Shown: in pieces, positions 1 to 8,364 of the stretch
Layout: every line of letters begins with the position of its first letter
Position numbering within the stretch: the first letter of the stretch is position 1
NCBI GenBank assembly: GCA_964562175.1
Contig: CAZLRV010000003.1
Coordinates: forward strand, 15,001 to 79,000
Source of the DNA: an uncultured Lachnospiraceae bacterium
Lineage (GTDB): Bacteria > Bacillota > Clostridia > Oscillospirales > CAG-272
DNA length: 64,000 nt
Reading direction: 5' to 3'
Position numbers and translations under genes: made by a program
Notes under the pieces: model-generated
Database searches by the model: none
The model's input: only the letters and a program-made list of their open reading frames with translations
Told to the model about the DNA's origin: nothing

Positions 1-216
1 GTGTGCCTTGGAAAGGCTTTTTTTGTAATTTGATATAACGCCGTCGGCAATTGCCGCCTCGCCGCCGAAGCGTGCTATCTTTTCCTCAAATTCTTCTTGA
101 CTCATTTTCGAGAATGTCGTATTAAAATGCGCAATGCTCTCATCCACCTTGTCCTTCGGCATACCTCCGTCAAGCAGACGATGCTCGAGCATCGACAAAA
201 ATACGTCTTTTGTCAA
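1..216 (-). CDS. N-terminal fragment (72 codons, runs off the window start) of a DUF1700/HAAS-like protein
   Basis: Not in the ORF track. TTG start at 216 lies 7 nt after an AGGGGG RBS (224-229). My translation is LTKDVFLSMLEHRLLDGGMPKDKVDESIAHFNTTFSKMSQEEFEEKIARFGGEAAIADGVISNY, and the frame is open to position 1. It resembles DUF1700 N-termini from memory. Confidence 0.4.
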   Translation of the reverse strand, partial: MTKDVFLSMLEHRLLDGGMPKDKVDESIAHFNTTFSKMSQEEFEEKIARFGGEAAIADGVISNYKKSLSKAH

Positions 217-427
217 GTAAATTCCCCCTTTTTGAAAGTTTTTTATTCTTGCCTATTTACTTTTTCACTTTTATATGATACAATTTATATTATAGCATAA
301 ATATCGCAAAAAAGATATAGCTTGCAGACTATTTTAAAGAAAATTTAATATTTTATACTATTTTACAGGCACGGATATCGTCATTTCGTTGTCCATGCGA
401 TTATTTAATTAACGGAGTAATACCATA

Positions 428-1069
428 ATGAGAGTAAGAAGAAAAAAACACGGTGCCGAAAGGCTTGAAAAATGCTCGGAGTACAGATATGAACCGTCGC
501 AGGGCGGATTTGAGTCGGTCTACGGAAATGACCGAGAGGTGCATATTGAAATAGGTTGCGGCAAGGGCAGCTTCATAACCTCGCACGCTGATGCTGAACC
601 GAACACGAATTTTTTGGCAGTCGAGCGCGTTTCCGACGTTTTAGTCGTTTGTGCGGAAAAGATATACGATAAACAGCTTAAAAACGTGCGTTTTCTTTGT
701 GCCGATGCCAAGGAGCTGACGGAACTGTTACCGGAGCGGAGTGTTAAGCGTATCTATTTGAATTTTTCCGACCCGTGGCCGAAGAAAGGCTATGCAAAGC
801 GCCGTCTGACTCATTCGAGCTTTCTTTCCGTCTACAAAAAACTGCTTACGCCCGACGGTGAGATATTTTTCAAGACGGATAACGACGGCTTGTTTGAGTT
901 TTCTCTCACCGAGCTTGCCGAAAACGGCTTTGTTCTGAAAAACATTATCTACGATCTACACGCAAGCGAGCTTGCCGAGAGCAATATCATGACCGAGTAC
1001 GAGCGTAATTTTTCGCAGGCGGGCATTAAGATCAAGTACGTCGAGGCGTACCTTTCTTCTTCTTTTTAG
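428..1069 (+). CDS. trmB: tRNA (guanine-N7)-methyltransferase
   Basis: 213 aa with a SAM-binding IGCGKGSF motif and the FSDPWPKK motif typical of TrmB. Confidence 0.9.
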   Translation: MRVRRKKHGAERLEKCSEYRYEPSQGGFESVYGNDREVHIEIGCGKGSFITSHADAEPNTNFLAVERVSDVLVVCAEKIYDKQLKNVRFLCADAKELTELLPERSVKRIYLNFSDPWPKKGYAKRRLTHSSFLSVYKKLLTPDGEIFFKTDNDGLFEFSLTELAENGFVLKNIIYDLHASELAESNIMTEYERNFSQAGIKIKYVEAYLSSSF

Positions 1070-1619
1070 CGTGCGAGAAGCCGAAAGAACCGAGGCTTGC
1101 GCCGAGTGAATAATAAGTTCCGTGGCAATAGCCTATCAGATCGGCTTTTTCAAGATGAAGCTTTCCCGCCTTGTCTATCAGCGACTCATCAACGTCAACG
1201 GCAACTATATCGCACACAAACACATCGTGTGAGCCCATGGGCAATATTTGAGATACCTTGCACTCAAGCGAAAGCGGCGACTGCTCTATTATGGGGCAGT
1301 CGAGCTTTTCGCTCCTTTGCTTTCCCAGCTTCATTCTTTCGAATTTGTCAACATCACGACCTGAGCGTATACCGCACCAATCGCATTGATATGCCATTTT
1401 TCTTGTTGTGAGATTTACCGCAAGCTCACCGCTGTTTTTAATTATTTCATAAGAGTGGCGGCTCGGTCTTATCGAAACATACATTTTCGGCGGGTCGGAC
1501 GCAAGTATACCGCACCACGCAACGGTTATTATATTGCCTCTCTCCATGCTACCACAGCTCACCATAACGGGCGGCAAGGGTCCGAGCAGTGTTCCGCCCT
1601 TCCATACGACTTTTGACAT
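1032..1619 (-). CDS. flavin reductase-like (FMN-binding split-barrel) protein
   Basis: 195 aa with the pattern LPPVMVSCGS...NIITVAWCGI typical of the flavin reductase domain. The Lys-rich tail overlaps the trmB 3' end by 38 nt (convergent). Confidence 0.7.
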   Translation of the reverse strand: MSKVVWKGGTLLGPLPPVMVSCGSMERGNIITVAWCGILASDPPKMYVSIRPSRHSYEIIKNSGELAVNLTTRKMAYQCDWCGIRSGRDVDKFERMKLGKQRSEKLDCPIIEQSPLSLECKVSQILPMGSHDVFVCDIVAVDVDESLIDKAGKLHLEKADLIGYCHGTYYSLGASLGSFGFSHAKKKKKGTPRRT

Positions 1620-1734
1620 ATTATCTCCCTTTTAATTTGACTTTACATTCACTTTTCTATATTATACACCGAATATTCAAATAAATCAAGTGCAATTGCA
1701 AAAAGAAGCAAAAATTTCACACCGTACAATATTA

Positions 1735-1768
1735 AAAGGAGTATGGGCAAGCCTACCCATACTCCTTT
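1735..1768 (-). terminator. rho-independent terminator after the permease gene
   Basis: 11-bp stem aggagtatggg / cccatactcct flanked by T/A runs, about 25 nt past the stop at 1792. Confidence 0.6.
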
Positions 1769-1791
1769 ACCGTTTTTTGTCTTTTTCGGAA

Positions 1792-3177
1792 TTATTCTTC
1801 CTTGCTCTTTGAAAGAACGAGGTTTACTATGATACCGAGTATCAGCGCACAAGCAACGCTCGTCAGCTCTACTTTGCCGAAGCTGAGCTTAAGTCCGCCG
1901 ACACCTGATATAAGTATTACAGATACTACAAAGAGATTTCTGTTTTTGCCGAGGTCTATGCCGCTTATCATCTTAAGACCCGATACGGCAATGAAGCCGT
2001 AAAGTGTCGTACATACACCGCCCATTACGCAGGGGGGTATGGAATTTACGAACGCAACAAAGGGCGTGAAGAACGATACGAGTATAGCGGCAAGTGCCGT
2101 TGCGAATATTGTAACAACGGATGCGTTACCGGAAATTGCAACACAGCCGATGCTCTCGCCGTAAGTCGTATTGGGACAGCCGCCGAAGAATGCGCCGAAC
2201 ATCGAACCGACACCGTCACCGAGAAGCGTGCGGTGCAAGCCGGGTTCTTCAAGCAGGTCTTTTTCGATTATCGAAGAAATATTCTTATGGTCTGCCAAAT
2301 GCTCTGCGAATACAACGAATGCGACCGGTACGTAAGCCATTGCAAGCGTTGTGATATAAGACATATCTATCTCCGCAAAGCCGTTGATTGCCGTTGTGAA
2401 CGTAAGGGGAGGCAGGGCAAAGAACGTGCCGAGCGTTACCTTACCATCCGTCAGCAATGCATCGAATGCCGAGAAATTCAGCACGCAAAGCGCATCGATG
2501 CCTGCCGCATCTCCTATTACCGTAAATACAGCCGATACGGCGTAGCCTGCAAGTATACCGATGATAAACGGTATCATCTTGAGCATTTTCTTGCCGTAGG
2601 TAGATGCGGCAACGGTAACAACGAGAGTTACAAGACCGCACAGTGCCGCAATGAGGGGCGAGGCGACAACGGTATCTGCTTCTGTAACGCCGCCTTTAAG
2701 GAAATCTTTTACCGCATTGCCGGCAAGAGAAAGACCGATTATCGCAACGGTAGGACCTATAACTACGGGGGGCATTATCTTATCTATCCATTTTACGCCG
2801 ACGAGCTTAACCACCAATGCTATTATTACGTAAACCAGACCCGCCATAACTGCACCGATTATCATACCGGCGTAGCCTGCGGCAACTGAAATCGCACCGC
2901 ATACGGCGCTTGTCATCGAGCCTATGAAAGCAAACGATGAGCCGAGGAACACGGGGGAGCGGAATTTAGTGAACATAAGATATACGAGCGTACCGATGCC
3001 GGCACCGAAAAGTGCGGCGGCGGGGCTCATACCAAGCTCGCCTTGTTTAGCGAAATTTCCGTTGATTATAACGGGAACCACGAGCGTTGCCGTCATTATT
3101 GCAAGGAGCTGTTGAATGGCAAAAATCACGACCTTTCCGAAGGGCGGCCTGTCGTTAATGCCGTAAATGAGTTTCAT
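1792..3177 (-). CDS. NCS2-family nucleobase:cation symporter (uracil/xanthine permease-like)
   Basis: 461 aa, polytopic. The N-terminus INDRPPFGKVVIFAIQQLLAIMTATLVVPVI and overall composition are typical of uracil/xanthine permeases. Confidence 0.85.
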   Translation of the reverse strand: MKLIYGINDRPPFGKVVIFAIQQLLAIMTATLVVPVIINGNFAKQGELGMSPAAALFGAGIGTLVYLMFTKFRSPVFLGSSFAFIGSMTSAVCGAISVAAGYAGMIIGAVMAGLVYVIIALVVKLVGVKWIDKIMPPVVIGPTVAIIGLSLAGNAVKDFLKGGVTEADTVVASPLIAALCGLVTLVVTVAASTYGKKMLKMIPFIIGILAGYAVSAVFTVIGDAAGIDALCVLNFSAFDALLTDGKVTLGTFFALPPLTFTTAINGFAEIDMSYITTLAMAYVPVAFVVFAEHLADHKNISSIIEKDLLEEPGLHRTLLGDGVGSMFGAFFGGCPNTTYGESIGCVAISGNASVVTIFATALAAILVSFFTPFVAFVNSIPPCVMGGVCTTLYGFIAVSGLKMISGIDLGKNRNLFVVSVILISGVGGLKLSFGKVELTSVACALILGIIVNLVLSKSKEE

Positions 3178-3344
3178 TACAAAACCTCCGATATTTTTAT
3201 CCTAAGAATTATATCACAACAAAAGTCAAAAGTAAAGACTATTTTAATAATTTTATGTCGTTATGAAGAATTTTGTCAATTTAAGTCATATTTGAGTGCC
3301 TATTTAGCTCATTTTATTATGCATAACGACTATTATTAAAATAA

Positions 3345-3378
3345 AACAACTCACCGCCAAGGTGCGACGGTGAGCCGA
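3345..3378 (-). terminator. rho-independent terminator after the aminopeptidase gene
   Basis: Stem ctcaccg...cggtgag followed on the minus strand by a T-rich tract (ttgttttatttt). Confidence 0.65.
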
Positions 3379-3416
3379 TATGATATATAATATCACATTA
3401 TATATATTATTATATT

Positions 3417-4862
3417 TTATTCATTATATTCAAAGAATGCGCGGCACGCCTTGTACATATTGTAAACGTCGTTCTTTGCGACCACCTCATACGGTGCGTG
3501 CATGGATATGACCGCAACACCGACATCTATGGTATCTATATTGTTTTCGGAAACATACTTAGCGACAGTACCGCCGCCGCCCTGATCGACCTTGCCCATC
3601 TCGCACATCTGCCATACGACCTCGCTCGAATCGAATATCTTACGTATCTTCGCAACATATTCCGCATTTGCGTCATTTGTATCGCTCTTTCCTCTGCTTC
3701 CGGTAAATTTGCATACGGCAACACCGGAGTTTACTATAGCGGAATTGTTACGCTCATATGCATATGCGAAATTCGGGTCATACGCCGCCGCAACGTCTGC
3801 GGACATACACATTGAACGCTGTCTTACCGCACGCTCGTTTTTGCCCATGCTGTGGCAGATATCCGCAATAATATCGCACATTACGCTCGTTTTCAAGCCC
3901 GTATTGCCGTTTGAGCCTGTTTCCTCTTTATCGGCAAATATTGCCATAACGGTACGCTTCGGCTGTGATATCTCAAGTATTGAGGTAAGCATCGGATATG
4001 CGCACACTCTGTCATCGTGACCATATGCGGCAACAAGTCCTCTGTCAAGTCCGACATCACGTGCTTTGAATGCGGGAACTGCGCAAAGCTCAGCCGAAAG
4101 CAGGTCTTCCTCTCTCACACCGTATTTTTCGTTAAGCAGATAAAGCACATTGAGCTTTATTCGCTCGCCTACCTCGTCATCAGGATATTCCTCACATCCC
4201 ACAAGCAGATTGAGCTGTTCACCCTCTATGCTCTCACCGAGCGATTTTTTATATTGGTCCTTGCCAAGGTGCGGCAAAATATCGTTTATATAAAATATCG
4301 GCTCGTCCTCTCCCTCACCGATACGGACCTCGACACTCTCACCGTTCTTTTTCATTATAACACCGTGCAAAGCAAGCGGAATTGCCGTCCATTGGTATTT
4401 TTTAATGCCGCCGTAGTAGTGAGTCTTGAAGAATGCCATTCCGTCCGACTCATACAAGGGATTTGCCTTTATGTCTATCCTCGGACTGTCAATATGCGAT
4501 GCACAGATAGCAATTCCCGACTCAAGCTCATCCGAGCCTATAATAAACAGAAACGGGTTTTTGCCTCGATTATCGTAATAGTATTTACCGCCCGGCACCA
4601 CGTTCATTCCGAATGTAAATTCGACAAAGCCGCGTTCCCTTGCCTGTTCTATTATATAAGCCGACGCTTCACGCTCGCATTTGCACTCGTCAAGGAAGCT
4701 CTTATATCCCTTGCAATACTCCTTTGCCTCATCAACTTGCTTCGGAAATCTCGAATATGACGATTTTTTTGTATATCCAAGCTCTTCAAGCAACGCCTTG
4801 CCCTGTGACTTCTCCATTTTTTTCGTTCTCCTTAAGTATTCTTTCGTAAATTTCTCGTGCAT
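3417..4862 (-). CDS. M18-family aminopeptidase
   Basis: 481 aa with the ICASHIDSPRIDIK motif and a C-terminal SMHAPYE motif typical of M18 aminopeptidases. The true start may be M16 (4817). Confidence 0.85.
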   Translation of the reverse strand: MHEKFTKEYLRRTKKMEKSQGKALLEELGYTKKSSYSRFPKQVDEAKEYCKGYKSFLDECKCEREASAYIIEQARERGFVEFTFGMNVVPGGKYYYDNRGKNPFLFIIGSDELESGIAICASHIDSPRIDIKANPLYESDGMAFFKTHYYGGIKKYQWTAIPLALHGVIMKKNGESVEVRIGEGEDEPIFYINDILPHLGKDQYKKSLGESIEGEQLNLLVGCEEYPDDEVGERIKLNVLYLLNEKYGVREEDLLSAELCAVPAFKARDVGLDRGLVAAYGHDDRVCAYPMLTSILEISQPKRTVMAIFADKEETGSNGNTGLKTSVMCDIIADICHSMGKNERAVRQRSMCMSADVAAAYDPNFAYAYERNNSAIVNSGVAVCKFTGSRGKSDTNDANAEYVAKIRKIFDSSEVVWQMCEMGKVDQGGGGTVAKYVSENNIDTIDVGVAVISMHAPYEVVAKNDVYNMYKACRAFFEYNE

Positions 4863-5409
4863 TTGCTACCTTTTGCACATATTTTTTCGTTTCCGAAAAA
4901 GGAATATTTATCAAATGTCCGTTCTCAGATATCTCATCGTCATCAAGCCATAGCTTTACCTGTCTTACCCCTGCGTTATAAGCGGCGTACGCCGTTTCCC
5001 ATATTGCAAATTCCCTCTTGCAATATGCCAGATAATACGTGCCGCACCTTATATTAAGCTCCGGGTCGGTCATTTTTGCCTCGTCGTACTCAATTCCCTC
5101 TTTTTCACACACCCACTTAAACGTATCGGGTATGAGCTGCATAAGACCGACGGCACCCTTTGAGCTTTTCGCATTCGAATCAAAGCCGCTCTCGGTCTTT
5201 ATTACCGCATAAACGACTTCCCGCTCAACATCGTACATTTGAGCGTATTTTTCGACAAAGCTCGAATATTCAATTACATATTCTTCCCTCTGCTTTTTCT
5301 TTGCCATCGAATCGGCTGTATAGCCTATACATATCGACAAAACGAGCAGAAGCACTACTATAATGCTTCTCTTTAATGCTTTTCCCATTTCAGCTCCGTC
5401 TGCTGACAT
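4786..5409 (-). CDS. membrane-anchored lytic transglycosylase (SLT domain)
   Basis: N-terminal TM helix. Catalytic region KTESGFDSNAKSSKGAVGLMQLIP followed by AYNAG. Confidence 0.85.
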   Translation of the reverse strand: MSADGAEMGKALKRSIIVVLLLVLSICIGYTADSMAKKKQREEYVIEYSSFVEKYAQMYDVEREVVYAVIKTESGFDSNAKSSKGAVGLMQLIPDTFKWVCEKEGIEYDEAKMTDPELNIRCGTYYLAYCKREFAIWETAYAAYNAGVRQVKLWLDDDEISENGHLINIPFSETKKYVQKVANAREIYERILKENEKNGEVTGQGVA

Positions 5410-5978
5410 ATGCTCCGCACTCGGTCATAAAGCTCTTCAATGCCCGAATCGTTGTGTATGAGTATATCGCAATTTTGTTCAAAAAACTCTTTTGTATGTT
5501 GGCTTGCAAAGCGTTGATACGCTTGCTCTTTCGTTATTCCGTCACGGCGCATGACTCGCTCGGCTCTTATCTCATCATCGGCGACAACGCCGATAACGAA
5601 CTCGCAATCTTCTTGCATATCTGCTTCAAACAGCTGAGGCGCATCTATGAAAACAACCTTCTCACCGCATTTATCTGCCTCGCCGACAAGCTCGTTTATC
5701 GCAGACTTAACAAAAGCATGCGTTATTTTATTCAGTTCGTCAAGCTTGGTCTTATCCGAAAACACGATAGCACCGAGCTTTTTTCTGTCAATGACACCGT
5801 CATTAAGAACCGTTGCACCGAAGCTCTGCCCTAATTTTATGCAAAGAGGCGAGTTTTTATACAGCAGCGAATGATATACCGCATCCGCATCTATCACGGT
5901 ATAGCCGCACTCGGCAAATATTCGTGCCACCTCGCCCTTGCCCGCACCGGAGCAACCCGTTATACCTATTATTCTCAT
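5373..5978 (-). CDS. coaE: dephospho-CoA kinase
   Basis: 201 aa with P-loop IGITGCSGAGKG and CoaE-like length and layout. Confidence 0.9.
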   Translation of the reverse strand: MRIIGITGCSGAGKGEVARIFAECGYTVIDADAVYHSLLYKNSPLCIKLGQSFGATVLNDGVIDRKKLGAIVFSDKTKLDELNKITHAFVKSAINELVGEADKCGEKVVFIDAPQLFEADMQEDCEFVIGVVADDEIRAERVMRRDGITKEQAYQRFASQHTKEFFEQNCDILIHNDSGIEELYDRVRSICQQTELKWEKH

Positions 5979-7825
5979 TTTGTAAGCTCTTTGCGATCCG
6001 CTATCTCACTTGTTGGGAAATAAGTTTCAAGTATCTCCGCACAGCTTTTTCCCAGCTCCGCAAGATCTCGTCCTCCGTGCTGACTTATACCGACTCCGTG
6101 ACCGTTGCCCGAACCGATAAACGTAAATTCACCCTGCTCGCCCGCCCCTGTTTCGGTGTTTTTCAGAAAATCACGTACTTCTGCCAACACATCACACGAT
6201 ACGGTCGTTGCCGAGGTCTTTACGTCAAGTGCCTCGGGTGATCTTACGCTCACGACTCCGAGCGAGGTCTTTATGTTCAACTCATCCTCACCCGCAACGA
6301 CCTTTATGCCGTCGGCAGTCATCACGTAAAGCCCGTATATGGCTTCATCCGTATAGCCGTTTTCCACTCTGCCGTTATGCTCTATTACAAAGTTTCCGCT
6401 GTAGAGATACTTATAAAAGGCGTTTCTTACGTTTCTCGTTCTCGTTATCGTAACATTCGTATTATGTATATCTGTTATCGTTACACGGTAAACGTAAGAC
6501 GAATTATCGCACAGAGTTATTTTTATATCGGCTATTTCGTCCTTCAGCGTCGTATAGCCTCTTGTGTTCAAATACGAGCATAGCTCCGATGCGCTTGTCT
6601 TGAATTCCCAATGTCCGTAGGTTCGCCCCTCAAGTATCTCCCATGGGGTGAACATTCCTTGAAGATAGGGTAGCTCATCCTGATTCCAGACCTGATGCCC
6701 TGCGGCGATACTGCCGCCGCCGAGGTCATTGCAATATGCATCGACAATTTTTCCCTCACATATAAGCACCTTATCCTTGGTTGCCAGAACGGAATCCCTG
6801 ACATTTTGGTTTACTCGTCCCATTCCCTTATTGTTTTGGCAATGAGAGGATGCGCAAATATCAAAGCCGTGCTTTTTATGCTTTCCGATATTGGCATATG
6901 CATACGAGCGTGCGGTTATTGCAAACGCCTTTACAATTTCGGTGTGCCAATGGTTGTATATCTCCCACGGCACAACGCCCATGGTATATTCCTCAAGCGA
7001 GCATATTATTATCAGTGACAGTCCGTCGGCACTCTCACTCTCGTTTGTGTATCGCTTGAATTCGTTTATTCCCGATCTGTAATAGCCCGTATCGAGCTTT
7101 ACGTAATTTTCCTCGCCAAGTGCGTAAACACCGAGACCGCCCTCGTTGCCGCAATCGAATAAAAAGAGTATCTCGCTCTTATCCGAAAGTATGACAATGC
7201 TTGTTTCCGTATATCCGACGCCCGTGCATTGCACGCCGTAGCACTCACTTAAACCGACCGAGGCTTCGTTTGCCGCCTCAAGTGATGAATACTGTCCCGC
7301 TTTTATTTTGTACTCGCCGTTTTCATATGAGGGAATAAGCGTATACTCACTCGATTTTTCGTAAAAGGCAAGAAGTGCCGCTTTTGTTTCTTCCTCGGTG
7401 CTGTATATGCCGTCGAGCAGAACATGGTAGCCGCCGACAGACGGCGAGGACGTTCTGAAATAGTATCTGTAACCGTCCTCATCATTCTTGTACTTCAAAT
7501 TTCCGTCTATGCAAACGTATACGGTGCTTTGTTCAATTCTCCATATGCGATCGTATTCTTTATCGTTTGTTTTGTAAAGGTCGTATCCCTCACCACTGCT
7601 CGATGAGCCTCGCAATCTGTAAGAGGTCAAGGTGTCCTCGGCGTAATAAACGCCGAGCCTGAGCATTACATCCTCATCGGTATATAAAGAATACGATGGA
7701 GGTATCTCGTCAACTCCGTGTACACTCAAAATTGCCGAAATCAGCACGCCTATCACCATAAGTGCGGCAATTATGAGCGAAACTATACGAATAATGAGCG
7801 TTTTTTTGTTACGATACGATCTCAT
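5975..7825 (-). CDS. SpoIID/LytB-domain protein (peptidoglycan remodelling)
   Basis: 616 aa with an N-terminal TM helix. Segment AFAITARSYAYANIGKHKKHGFDICASSHCQ matches the SpoIID/LytB signature. Confidence 0.75.
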   Translation of the reverse strand: MRSYRNKKTLIIRIVSLIIAALMVIGVLISAILSVHGVDEIPPSYSLYTDEDVMLRLGVYYAEDTLTSYRLRGSSSSGEGYDLYKTNDKEYDRIWRIEQSTVYVCIDGNLKYKNDEDGYRYYFRTSSPSVGGYHVLLDGIYSTEEETKAALLAFYEKSSEYTLIPSYENGEYKIKAGQYSSLEAANEASVGLSECYGVQCTGVGYTETSIVILSDKSEILFLFDCGNEGGLGVYALGEENYVKLDTGYYRSGINEFKRYTNESESADGLSLIIICSLEEYTMGVVPWEIYNHWHTEIVKAFAITARSYAYANIGKHKKHGFDICASSHCQNNKGMGRVNQNVRDSVLATKDKVLICEGKIVDAYCNDLGGGSIAAGHQVWNQDELPYLQGMFTPWEILEGRTYGHWEFKTSASELCSYLNTRGYTTLKDEIADIKITLCDNSSYVYRVTITDIHNTNVTITRTRNVRNAFYKYLYSGNFVIEHNGRVENGYTDEAIYGLYVMTADGIKVVAGEDELNIKTSLGVVSVRSPEALDVKTSATTVSCDVLAEVRDFLKNTETGAGEQGEFTFIGSGNGHGVGISQHGGRDLAELGKSCAEILETYFPTSEIADRKELTK

Positions 7826-8354
7826 ATTCGCCCCTCACCATTATTTCCGTGCCGTTTTGCGTGCAGACTACGCCTCGTCCGTCGCCTCTCGGTATTGAAA
7901 TAAGATGATTTTTCAATATTGTTGCGCCGTTTGCAAGCGATAAGTCCGTGGTCTTGTCGGTAAGTGTCTGTGAGGTCGAGGGACATACGGCTTTGGCTGA
8001 GCCGGAGCGTAACAACAGCTCACAGCTTCCCTTGGGCATAAGCCGTTCGCCGAGCTTCAATGCCACGTTTTCATATTCATAAGAGGTGCTTGAGCTGCCG
8101 CCGCCCTGCGATTGCTTGGCTACCTCATCACGCACGAGCTGAGCAAGCTTCGCTTCCATTTCGGCTTTGACCTCTGTCTTTATCTCCTCACGCATTTTTT
8201 CGACGTAAGACAGCGACACAAGCGGATCGTCCTTTGTACTGTAGCCCGCCTCACCCGTTGCGGTAACGAGCATACAGCACAGCGTTCCGACTATTATAAC
8301 GCCGCCTATGGAATTTTTTATCGTTGTATATATTTTTCCGATATTTTTTTTCAT
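7809..8354 (-). CDS. hypothetical bitopic membrane protein with a coiled-coil segment
   Basis: Start moved to MKKNIGKIY (ATG at 8354) behind a GGAGAG RBS, 10 nt after the topo-A stop. It has a TM helix, a charged helical stretch and a Gly/Ser linker. The 3' end overlaps the SpoIID-like start by 17 nt. Confidence 0.55.
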   Translation of the reverse strand: MKKNIGKIYTTIKNSIGGVIIVGTLCCMLVTATGEAGYSTKDDPLVSLSYVEKMREEIKTEVKAEMEAKLAQLVRDEVAKQSQGGGSSSTSYEYENVALKLGERLMPKGSCELLLRSGSAKAVCPSTSQTLTDKTTDLSLANGATILKNHLISIPRGDGRGVVCTQNGTEIMVRGEYEIVS

Positions 8355-8364
8355 TTGCTCTCCT

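Noticed and set aside
1032-1069. 38-nt convergent overlap of the trmB and flavin-reductase 3' ends as a possible regulatory antisense arrangement
   Set aside because: The overlap is real in the ORFs, but it only involves a Lys-rich tail of the reductase. That tail may simply be a non-conserved extension to the first available stop codon. There is nothing further to support a function.
3178-3416. Purine, PyrR or other riboswitch upstream of the NCS2 nucleobase permease
   Set aside because: The region is AT-rich promoter-type DNA plus the aminopeptidase terminator. It has no guanine/adenine-riboswitch core (no UAUAAUCGCG...CCGUAAAU-like elements) and no PyrR-binding hairpin.
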